Source of the DNA: Phycisphaerae bacterium
GTDB lineage: Bacteria; Planctomycetota; Phycisphaerae; UBA1845; PWPN01
Direction: 5' to 3'
DNA length: 64,000 nucleotides
NCBI GenBank assembly: GCA_012719955.1
Contig: JAAXZI010000049.1
Span: 12,309-76,308, forward strand
In this document: piece after piece, positions 18,223 to 31,321 of the stretch
Position numbering within the stretch: the first letter of the stretch is position 1
Layout of the letters: the number at the start of each line of letters is the position of its first letter
Translations under genes and position numbers: made by a program
The notes under the pieces: model-generated
What the model was told of the DNA's origin: nothing
The model's input: only the letters and a program-made list of their open reading frames with translations
Databases searched by the model: none

Positions 18223-19656
18223 TCAAGGCGCAGGCGGGACAGGCGCCCGGGTTTGGGACGCATCCAGCACGGCATCGCCTGTTTCGCGCATCCTGGCCTC
18301 CAGCTTCCGGCTCAGGTCGGCGATAACTTTGCGGATCGACGCATCCTGCGAAGCGATCAGATTACGGCCCTCTTCGGGATCATGCGCCAGGTTATACAGC
18401 TCGTCCCGGCCGGCGTTGCGGAAGTCGCGGACCAGTTTCCATTCGGGGGTGCGGATGGTGCGCAAATCGGCCCTCGTGTAATGGTGCTGGCTGTACTCGG
18501 CGTAGAGATCGTTGTCCCAGGGGATACGCTGGCCCTTAAGTAACGGCAGGAAGTTGTGCCCGCGGATCAAGACGCCCTCCGGCAGGCTGGCACCGGCCAT
18601 GGCCAGAAGAGTCGGATACCAGTCCAACCCCGAGACAGTCTCCTGAATCACGGTGCCTGGAGCGGTGACGCCCGGCCAGCGAATAATGGCCGGCACCCGG
18701 AGCGAGGTGTCAAAGAGATTGGGCCGCTGGATGGCCTCGCCCTTCTGGCCGCGCGTGCGGTTGAGGATCCACCGGGCGTTGCCCTTGTGCCAGAGGCCGT
18801 GATGGCCCACGTTGTAACCCTGGTCACTGCTGAAGATAACGACGGTATTGGCGGCCAGGCCCGTGGTCTCGAGCGTCTGCAGGATCCGCCCCACCTGGCG
18901 GTCCACCTCCGCCACGCTGGCCAGGTACTTGCGCATGACCTCACCGGCCTGCCGGGTGTCCAAGTCAGGGTACACCGGCAGAATGGGCGTGATCTGCCGG
19001 TAGTATGTCCAGATATCCTCCGCAACGGGAATATAGGGGGAATGGGGATTGCGATAGTGAACGCACATCAGAAACGGCCGGTCGTGCGGCCGGCGAAGGT
19101 ACTCAAGGGCATACCGGGTGACGTTGTCGGTCAGCAGGCCGGGGACTCTCACGTTCTTGCCATCGATCTCGAAAGTGGCGTCTTCCATTTCCTTGGGGCT
19201 GCCGCGCGAGCCGATGAAGGTCTGGAAGCCGTGCCGCGTGGGGTGGTGCTTGTCGAGCAGGCCGAGGTGCCACTTGCCGAATAACGCGGTCGAATAGCCG
19301 CTGTCGGCCAGGACCTTGGGCCAGGTGACGAACTTCGTATCCAGTCCGACGTTCGGCTCTGATTTAGGGTCGATCCAGTCGGTAATACCGACCTCGGTTC
19401 CATACCGGCTGGTCATCAGGCTGGCACGGGCCGGGCTGCACACGGGGGTGGTTGCAAAGCAGTTGGTAAATCGCGCTCCGTCGGCGGCGAGCCGATCCAG
19501 CACGGGAGTCTTGATGTCCCGATTGCCGTTGACGCCCAGGCTCCAATAGGCCTGATCGTCGGTATAAATGAAAATGATGTTGGGGCGGGCGAACCCGACA
19601 ACCGGTAACAGGGCCAAGGCACATGCGACGGCGAGGCAGGCAGGCCTCATAGACAT
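18223..19656 (-). CDS. formylglycine-dependent sulfatase
   Basis: PNIIFIYTDDQ and the CSPARASLMTSRY (C-x-P-x-R) motif are present. The signal peptide starts at the ATG at 19656. Confidence 0.9.
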   Translation of the reverse strand: MSMRPACLAVACALALLPVVGFARPNIIFIYTDDQAYWSLGVNGNRDIKTPVLDRLAADGARFTNCFATTPVCSPARASLMTSRYGTEVGITDWIDPKSEPNVGLDTKFVTWPKVLADSGYSTALFGKWHLGLLDKHHPTRHGFQTFIGSRGSPKEMEDATFEIDGKNVRVPGLLTDNVTRYALEYLRRPHDRPFLMCVHYRNPHSPYIPVAEDIWTYYRQITPILPVYPDLDTRQAGEVMRKYLASVAEVDRQVGRILQTLETTGLAANTVVIFSSDQGYNVGHHGLWHKGNARWILNRTRGQKGEAIQRPNLFDTSLRVPAIIRWPGVTAPGTVIQETVSGLDWYPTLLAMAGASLPEGVLIRGHNFLPLLKGQRIPWDNDLYAEYSQHHYTRADLRTIRTPEWKLVRDFRNAGRDELYNLAHDPEEGRNLIASQDASIRKVIADLSRKLEARMRETGDAVLDASQTRAPVPPAP

Positions 19657-19718
19657 CCCTCCATCCCTGCGGGCGAGTGTGGCAATTCTTTGTGGCGGGG
19701 TAACGCGGGGGCCGGGAG

Positions 19719-19761
19719 GGCGTGCATCTTGCACGCCTTTGAGGCGGGCAGGATGCCCGCC
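19719..19761. repeat. two adjacent family-B hairpins
   Basis: ggcgtgca tct tgcacgcc (19719-19737), then ggcgggca gga tgcccgcc (19743-19761). Confidence 0.8.
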
Positions 19762-19898
19762 CCCCTGATGCGCCCGGCCGGTTCACCACAATCCTTTGCC
19801 AGACCCCTCCGGGCAACTTCTCAAGCCCCATGCTACCTGTTTTTCGGACCCTGTGCCAGGAACGGACCCAATGGATGCCGGGAATGGAGCAAAAAGGT

Positions 19899-19926
19899 GT
19901 AGCGGCCGGGCTCTGTACCGGCCGTT
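19899..19926. repeat. family-A repeat (reverse orientation)
   Basis: gtagcggccgggctctgtaccggccgtt. Confidence 0.85.
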
Positions 19927-20325
19927 TGGTCCTTTAGGCCATGGCTGGCACGAACCTTGACCGCTCCAAAAATGCCGCGCAATTCCCGCTTGCCTGCCGG
20001 CGGAATGTATCTCATGCTTGGGGTGCAACACGCGACCTGAGTTCGAGGCAGGCATCGCGGGGTCGGCTGGGGAAAGTCGCGGAGGCCGTACCCTGTGGGG
20101 CTTGTCCAAAGGAGGGTTAAGAAGACAGGCAGGGTACCCAGGGGGAGCGGCATCGGCCCGCGTGCTGCAGCCCGCTCGTTGGTCGGACCTGGCGGCCTTC
20201 CTCGGATGGGATGAGACCGCTCTCGGCCGCACGGGCCTGTTCTCCGGCCAACCAGCGACGGTTCACTACATCCCGCGTCCGTCCCCCTGGGCCCTGGCCT
20301 GCTTACCTGCACACCACGGTATCGG

Positions 20326-20445
20326 AAGGTGAGAAGGTGCGAACGTGGGAAAGTGAGAACGTGGGCAGGTGCGGATGTGGGAAGGTGTGCACGTGGGAAA
20401 AACGAGAAAGGGGGAAAGCGAGGAAGGGAGAAAAACACGTCGGCT
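20326..20445. repeat. purine-rich low-complexity array (GTGAGAA/GTGGGAA-like units)
   Basis: aaggtgagaaggtgcgaacgtgggaaagtgagaacgtgggcaggtgcggatgtgggaaggtgtgcacgtgggaaaaacgagaaagggggaaagcgaggaagggagaaaaac. Confidence 0.7.
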
Positions 20446-20676
20446 TCATCCGGCGAACTGGTGTGGAGCGATCAGGTCGATCTCTGCCCGGATGCGCTCT
20501 ACCTCAAGTTGACCGGCCGGAAACCTGAAGATGTATTCCCCGCACTTCGCCGCGAGCCCGCCAATGTCTGAGATCAGCCGGTTTTTCGGCGCGGTCATCA
20601 CAGGAATTGCACCGGATCGCACCACTGCAGTAATGCTCTTTTCAGTTCGAAAATCCCGTGCGTGAATGGCCGGCAT
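20446..20676 (-). CDS. small hypothetical ORF (76 aa), uncertain
   Basis: The sequence is MPAIHARDFRTEKSITAVVRSGAIPVMTAPKNRLISDIGGLAAKCGEYIFRFPAGQLEVERIRAEIDLIAPHQFAG. The first third has visibly lower third-position GC than neighbouring genes. It has no clear SD and I recognise no family. Confidence 0.25.
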   Translation of the reverse strand: MPAIHARDFRTEKSITAVVRSGAIPVMTAPKNRLISDIGGLAAKCGEYIFRFPAGQLEVERIRAEIDLIAPHQFAG

Positions 20677-20717
20677 CCGGCTTTCGCCGGATACCCGGCC
20701 CGGCTGCTCCAAGGGAA

Positions 20718-20744
20718 ACGGCCGGTACGGAGCCCGGCCGCTAC
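20718..20744. repeat. family-A repeat
   Basis: acggccggtacggagcccggccgctac lies about 70 nt downstream of the gltD stop. Confidence 0.85.
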
Positions 20745-20810
20745 ACACGAAACAACGAATGCGGGAAGCCGACACTGTTCGGGAGATGGCCCCGGCACGC
20801 AGTCTCCGCC

Positions 20811-22434
20811 CTATGCCCGTGGCAGGTCGCCTTCGCCCTTCGTCGGCAGCAGCGTGCAGCCCATCAGATGCTGATCGATGCTCCGGGCTGCCTCGCGGCC
20901 TTCGCTGATGGCCCAGACCACCAGTGACTGGCCCCGGCGCATGTCGCCGCAGGCGAAGACGTTGGGCCGGCTGGTGCGGTAATTCTCGTCCGTCTTGACG
21001 TTGCCGCGCTCGTCGAGCTCCACGCCGAGTTGGGCAATGACGCCGTCGGGTTCCGGCCCCACGAAACCCATGGCCAGCAGCACGAGATCCGCCGGCCAGA
21101 GCTTTTCGCTGCCGGGGATTTCCCGCATCTGCGGGCGGGAGCCGTTGCTCTGCGTCCACTCGACCTCCACCGTCTCCAGGCCGGTCACCCGGCCGGCCTC
21201 GCCGATGAAGCGGCGGGTGAGAATGCTCCAGTAGCGCTGGCAGCCTTCCTCATGTGAGCTGCTGGTGCGCAGCTTCATGGGCCAGTACGGCCAGGGCTGA
21301 TTCGCCGGGCGGCCCTCGGGCGGCTTGGGCAGCAGCTCGAATTGCGTCACGCTCCGGGCGCCCTGACGGTTGGACGTGCCCACGCAGTCGGAGCCGGTGT
21401 CGCCGCCGCCGATGATGATCACATGCTTGTCAGTAGCGAGAATGTCGCCCTTGCCCTGGCTGAACCACCAACGGCCGGCAGGCGCACCTGCATCAACACC
21501 AGCGGAACGGTTGGTATGGAGATCGGTTGCTACAGCGTCAGAACGGCCGGTACAAAGCCCGGCCGCTACAGTGCCGGAACGGTCGGCACAGAGCCCGGCC
21601 GCTACAGCGGCGGCTGCGTGGGCGATCTTATCGCCGGCCACGCGCTTGTTCTGCTGGGGCAGGAACTCCATCGCGAAGTGAATGCCCTCCAGCTCGCGGC
21701 CGGGGATGGGCAGGTCGCGCGGTTTGGTGGCCCCGCCGGCCAGCACAATCGCGTCAAACTCCCGGTTGAGTTCGTCGGCGGTGATATCAAAGCCCACGTT
21801 CACGCCCGGCCGGAAGGTGACGCCCTCGGCCTCCATGATGGCCAAGCGCCGGTCGAGCACCCGTTTTTCCAGTTTAAAATCGGGGATGCCGTAACGCAGC
21901 AGCCCGCCGATGCGGTCGGCCCGCTCGAAGACCGTCACCCAGTGGCCGGCGCGGTTGAGCTGGTCGGCGGCGGCCAGGCCGGCCGGGCCGGAACCCACGA
22001 TGGCGATCTTCCTGCCCGTGCGTTTCACCGGCGGGTTGGGTTTGATCCAGCCTTCCTCAAAGGCCCGCTCGATGATCGAATACTCGATCTGCTTGATGGT
22101 CACCGGCGGCTCATTGATGCCCAGCACGCACGACTCTTCGCAGGGCGCGGGGCACACTCGGCCAGTAAATTCGGGGAAGTTGTTGGTCGAGTGCAGGAAA
22201 TCGATCGCCCGCCGCCAGTCGCCCAGATAAACGAGGTCGTTCCAGTCCGGGATCAGGTTGCCCAGCGGGCAGCCGGTGTGGCAGAACGGCACGCCACAGT
22301 CCATGCACCGGGCCCCCTGCTGCTGAAGCTGGACCACGGGCAACGGAATATGGAACTCACGGTAGTGCTTCCGCCGCTCCTCGACAGGCAGGTCCCGGAA
22401 TTCCTGCCGGGGAATCTCCTTGAATCCGGTAGGC

Positions 22435-22442
<8 letters not shown>
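20811..22442 (-). CDS. gltD: glutamate synthase (NADPH) small subunit, with a repeat-derived insertion
   Basis: The motifs are [19 protein letters not shown]...[21 protein letters not shown] and [21 protein letters not shown]. The GTG at 22442 gives the canonical (M)GKPTGF N-terminus and overlaps the gltB stop by 8 nt. Confidence 0.93.
21505..21612. repeat. family-A repeat, 3 x 36 nt tandem, intragenic and in frame
   Basis: The three units are gaacggttggtatggagatcggttgctacagcgtca, gaacggccggtacaaagcccggccgctacagtgccg and gaacggtcggcacagagcccggccgctacagcggcg. Confidence 0.85.
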
Positions 22443-27263
<4,821 letters not shown>

Positions 27264-27267
<4 letters not shown>

Positions 27268-28241
27268 ACCGTCACTTTCGACGCAAAGGCGTGCCCGTTG
27301 CCGCCGGCATCGCCATCGACACCGGCCGACTCTTGGGCACCGTCAATCAACTCAAGTCCGTTATGGTTCTGGCGAAGGAACTCGATGAATTGCTGGACCG
27401 CTCGCGAGAGCAGGCCGCTCCTGCGATGAATGATCCCCAGGGGGCGGTGCATGACCGGAGAGGTGAGTTCCACCGCCACCAACGTGCCCGCCTGGAGATC
27501 CTTGTAGAGGGTGGGCAGCGGCAGGATCGCGATGCCCTCGCCAATCTCCACCGCCCGCTTGATGGTCTCGACATTGTCGAAGGCGATGGTCACCTTCACT
27601 TCGACCTTGTGGCGGCGCAACTGGCGATCGATCTCCTTGCGGATGGTCAGCCCATCGTCGAAGGCCACGAACCGCTCACCGGCCAAATCCAGGGCCGTCA
27701 CCGACTTGCACCTGGCAAACCGATGGCCCGGCCAGCAAACGACCACCATGCGTTCGTTGCGCCACGGCAGGACCACCAGATCCTTGCCCGGCCGTGGATA
27801 GGAGATCAGGCCGATGTCGGCCTGTTCGTTGAGCACGTTCTCGTAAACCCGGTCCGGGTGCAGATAGGACAGGCGCACAGTGGCCCGCGGGTACTGCTGG
27901 GCGAACTGCTGGACCAGCCGGCTCATATCCCCAAGACCGACGGAGTAAATGGCGGCAATATTTACCGGCCCTGCAACCTCATTCCGAAGGGTTCTGACCT
28001 CTGCCTCGACCGCGTAATAACGCTCGACCAGCCCCTTGCACCCGTCGAAGTAAACCTGGCCCTCAGGGGTCAACTGGAACGGCCGCTTGGAGCGATCAAT
28101 GAGCCTAACTCCAAGGCTTTTCTCCAGTTGCAGCACGTTCTGGCTCACCGCCGACTGCGAAATCTGGTTCGCTGCCGCCGCCCGGGAAAAGCTCTTGTGC
28201 CGGACCACATCGCAGAAGATTTTGAGGGCCTCGAAGTACAT
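27264..28241 (-). CDS. LysR-family transcriptional regulator
   Basis: The N-terminal HTH reads [43 protein letters not shown], followed by a periplasmic-binding-like effector domain. The stop overlaps the gltB start. Confidence 0.9.
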
Positions 28242-28625
28242 AACGACAGTATCGTAACATTACCTCTGCTAATGGCAAACAAATTCTGGTATTCGATTTA
28301 ATGATACTAAGTATAATAACCATAACTTATTGAACCAACGCCTCTTAATGAGCATACCCGATAGGCCAAATCGTTACCCTGGCGATGCAGGAAGTGCGAT
28401 TTTTTTGGGGGACGCGGGTGAAGGCCGCGAGGAGTGCCCGGGCCCCGACCCGGCATCGGTCCGGTCAAGAATGAGACCATCGCGCGTGCGGCGTATTAAA
28501 CATATTTCATTTGCCTGTTTTCGCTGCAATCTTGGCAGAGGCCCGTAGAATAAGCATGTTGGGTGTTTCACAGGGGTTATCGCGTATTCCCAGGAAGCCG
28601 GGAACGTACACGGGAGCACAATCTC

Positions 28626-28967
28626 ATGTCCGATGCGACGACGATGACACCACCGGATGTGAAAAAGGAAGTCAAACCCACCGACGTAAAGCCGCGCAAG
28701 CAACCGCCCTACCACGTGATCCTGCTGGATGATGACGATCACACGTACGATTATGTCATGGAGATGTTGGGTCGGGTCTTTGGCTATGACGAGAACAAGG
28801 CCTACCAGATGGCCAAAGAAGTGGACCTCACCGGCCGCGTGATCGTCGATACCACCACATTGGAACGTGCCGAGCTGAAACGCGACCAGATCCATGCCTA
28901 CGGATCCGACTGGCGACTGCCGCGTTCCAAGGGGTCCATGAGCGCGAAGCTGGAGCCGGCAGAATAG
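28626..28967 (+). CDS. clpS: ATP-dependent Clp protease adaptor ClpS
   Basis: YHVILLDDDDHTYDYVMEMLGRVFGYDENKAYQMAKEVDLTGRVIV matches the ClpS core. The ATG at 28626 was chosen. Confidence 0.9.
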   Translation: MSDATTMTPPDVKKEVKPTDVKPRKQPPYHVILLDDDDHTYDYVMEMLGRVFGYDENKAYQMAKEVDLTGRVIVDTTTLERAELKRDQIHAYGSDWRLPRSKGSMSAKLEPAE

Positions 28968-28970
28968 CTT

Positions 28971-29336
28971 TCATCGGACCGGTAGCGGCCGTACACGAAC
29001 TTGATCGTCCTCCACCGTTACCAGCGCGCCTTTTGCCAGTTCAGCGGCTATCCCTGGAAGGATTTCATTTAATCGCTGGGTGATATAGCTCGGGTGATGA
29101 CGGAGAGTGCGAAAGGTTATTACGCTCGGCGAAATGCCCCCGGACACGGCAACAATCTACGAAAAGTCCAGATCAAAGCACAGGATAATACGATTCTCGG
29201 TTATGGCGAGGCGAACGATTTCCTCATCTGAAGCATTGGGGGGAAGGCGATCACACACCCCGATGACGTCGTGGCCTTGTCGACGCAGGTAATCAAGCGT
29301 AGCTCGCCCGAAAGGGATGTCGCCCAGGAATCTCAT
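28971..29336 (-). pseudogene. DUF5615 (PIN-like/Mut7-C) toxin gene interrupted by one in-frame TAG
   Basis: MRFLGDIPFGRATLDYLRRQGHDVIGVCDRLPPNASDEEIVRLAITENRIILCFDLDFS is followed by a TAG at 29157-29159. The same frame then continues as IVAVSGGISPSVITFRTLRHHPSYITQRLNEILPGIAAELAKGALVTVEDDQVRVRPLPVR to a TGA at 28971. Confidence 0.7.
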
Positions 29337-29344
29337 CAGCAGCC

Positions 29345-29560
29345 TTAGCCCGTCTTTCCCGCGACCAGAGTGGCGGCATACTGCAATGCGGCCGTGATAT
29401 CCTCGGGTTCGAGGAAGTCCCATTCAGCGAGCAGTTCTTCCTGAGTCATCCCTTCGGCGAGCAAGGACAGGAGATGCTCAACCGTGAGGCGATAACCTCG
29501 GATGCAAGGCTTCCCGCCGCACTTATCGGGTTCCACAGTTATTCGTGGGAACACTTCCAT
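29345..29560 (-). CDS. DUF433 antitoxin-like protein
   Basis: MEVFPRITVEPDKCGGKPCIRGYRLTVEHLLSLLAEGMTQEELLAEWDFLEPEDITAALQYA is a typical DUF433. It ends 8 nt before the DUF5615 start. Confidence 0.8.
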   Translation of the reverse strand: MEVFPRITVEPDKCGGKPCIRGYRLTVEHLLSLLAEGMTQEELLAEWDFLEPEDITAALQYAATLVAGKTG

Positions 29561-29598
29561 ATCATCAGTATAACCCACCGAGGAGGCCCGGCCAAATC

Positions 29599-31296
29599 TC
29601 ACTCCGCACGTGTCCCCGGTTGGTATTCCGCGGGAATGATCTCCGGCGGCAAAGCATCCTCCAGCTTCAGCGGGGGCGACTTGGCGAACGGCCGGTACAG
29701 CGGATCGCCGATCAGCATCTGCATCCAGGAGTGGAACGGCACCGTGTAAGCGTAGACTTCGGCCAGAGTAAACCTGCCGGTCAGCAGCAGGCCGAAGAAG
29801 TCGTCCGGCCGAGGAAACGACTGCAGGTAAGGCTCGGCCACCGGCCCCAGCGTGGCCGTAATTCCGTCCTCCAGCATCCGTTTGCACCAGCCCTGCTCGC
29901 CGGGCTTCTTGAGTGAAATGGCCTCAAAGCTGGCGAGGTGATATCCCACCGCGCCCGGCACGAACGTAAACGCGTCGATATAGCGCCGCAGGCTGTACCA
30001 GCCGCAGTACAGAACGGTGTTCGGGCATTCGCCGCGCCCGAACAGCTTCTCGCGGTTATCGAGCCGCACCGCGATGGAAGTCTTCGAGCGAACGGTTCCC
30101 GCAATTTGGCGCAGGGCCTCATCGTAAGGGCCGAAGCCTTCCTTTTTCGCGTTCATGCCGCGGGCATCGAAGTAGGCCCGGCCTGTCGGGCCGGCCTTCT
30201 CACCGGCCAGGGCCTTGTCGATCAACCCGCGGGCAATGGAGCTCGTCGGGCCGTCGATCCGGCTCACCATCAGCACCGGCGGACGCGCCGGCGGCGGCGA
30301 GTTCCGCGCGGCCAGCCCGGCACGATAGCGCCAGTTCATCGAGTTCATCACCCAGCGATGGCGGGGATACTGGTCCCACCACAGCAGCGCGAGCTCGCTG
30401 TCCAGGGCGGCCTGGGTCTCATCGTCGCGGAGCATGAGCATCTCTTCCTGCAGGGCCAGCAGCAACCCGTTGAGCCCGTGATTCTGACGCAGCAGTTCGC
30501 GCCCCTCAGCGCGGGCCGGATCTTCCACATCACGGGCCAACGCCTCTTTGAGCCGCTCATCATCAGCCTTGAGGCGCTCTTTCACGGCCTGCAACTGTCT
30601 GACGGTGGGATGGTCGGCGGGCGCATCCCCGGAGACGCTCATCTGCGCAACCAGCGCTGCCGTGCCTTCGATCTGCTGCACGGTCTGAAGCAGCTTCGCG
30701 AACACGGCCCGCCCTTCCGCCGTGCCCGCATTGGCCCCGGCTTGCTCGGCCAACAATTGGCGGGCTTGCCCATATTTCTGCTGAAGCTGGCGCCACTCGA
30801 TCTCCGGCTCTGCGGGCCTGGACGGGCGTCGGGCCGGCCGGGTGGCGGTCGAATCGAGTTCACCGACGATGGCTCGAAACTCGGCGAGCACCGCGCGAAA
30901 TTCTTCTTTGCGTTGCTCAAGCAGTTTGGCCCGCTGGGGCGACTGGGGCCGGGCGGACACGCGGATGGGCACTCCGTAGAAGGTGACCAGGCAGCGTACC
31001 TTCTCACGAAGCCCGCGCTGTTCCAGGTAAGCGCGGATCGGAGCCCGCACGGCCGCCTCGAATTCATCCGGCGGCATCTCCTCGCCCCGGGTGTTGAGTT
31101 CCAGCCCCAGAACCTGATCGGCGGGAACATTTCGCGTGTTCGCGTAGTAAACCGCGACTTCCCGTGACTCACGATCGGCGGCGTTGTATATCAGCAGCAG
31201 TTCGTCAGACTGAAGCGGCGCCCCACTGGCGGCCCATGAAAACCAAAGGATGCAGCCAAACCACGCCATGAGCGGGAGCAATAGCTCCTTTCTCAC
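29599..31296 (-). CDS. secreted TIGR03790-like protein with a long charged helical insertion
   Basis: A signal peptide is followed by ELLLIYNAADRESREVAVYYANTRNVPADQVLGLEL, which I recall as the TIGR03790 N-terminal signature. This is a memory-based assignment. The GTG start lies 3 nt after the PKS stop. Confidence 0.55.
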   Translation of the reverse strand: MRKELLLPLMAWFGCILWFSWAASGAPLQSDELLLIYNAADRESREVAVYYANTRNVPADQVLGLELNTRGEEMPPDEFEAAVRAPIRAYLEQRGLREKVRCLVTFYGVPIRVSARPQSPQRAKLLEQRKEEFRAVLAEFRAIVGELDSTATRPARRPSRPAEPEIEWRQLQQKYGQARQLLAEQAGANAGTAEGRAVFAKLLQTVQQIEGTAALVAQMSVSGDAPADHPTVRQLQAVKERLKADDERLKEALARDVEDPARAEGRELLRQNHGLNGLLLALQEEMLMLRDDETQAALDSELALLWWDQYPRHRWVMNSMNWRYRAGLAARNSPPPARPPVLMVSRIDGPTSSIARGLIDKALAGEKAGPTGRAYFDARGMNAKKEGFGPYDEALRQIAGTVRSKTSIAVRLDNREKLFGRGECPNTVLYCGWYSLRRYIDAFTFVPGAVGYHLASFEAISLKKPGEQGWCKRMLEDGITATLGPVAEPYLQSFPRPDDFFGLLLTGRFTLAEVYAYTVPFHSWMQMLIGDPLYRPFAKSPPLKLEDALPPEIIPAEYQPGTRAE

Positions 31297-31321
31297 TTCT
31301 CACCTCTCAGTTCTCACTTCC
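31288..31321. repeat. heptamer array (GTGAGAA-type on the minus strand) at the PKS/TIGR03790 gene junction
   Basis: The plus strand reads ctttctcacttctcacctctcagttctcacttcc, with TCA at 31293, 31300, 31307 and 31314. The TCA at 31300-31302 is the PKS stop codon. Confidence 0.8.

Noticed and set aside
19783-20438. ORFs of 149 and 201 aa on the minus strand
   Set aside because: They are translated largely from repeat and low-complexity DNA (A copy, purine array), with no motif. They were treated as non-coding.
21505-21612. Possibility that the tandem arrays (also 25738-25815, 50329-50419, 12678-12737) are CRISPR arrays
   Set aside because: The units are contiguous with no unique spacers, there are only 2-3 units, they lie inside conserved genes, and no cas genes are present.
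28374-28895. 173-aa minus-strand ORF opposite clpS
   Set aside because: It is antisense to a clear ClpS gene and has no motif.
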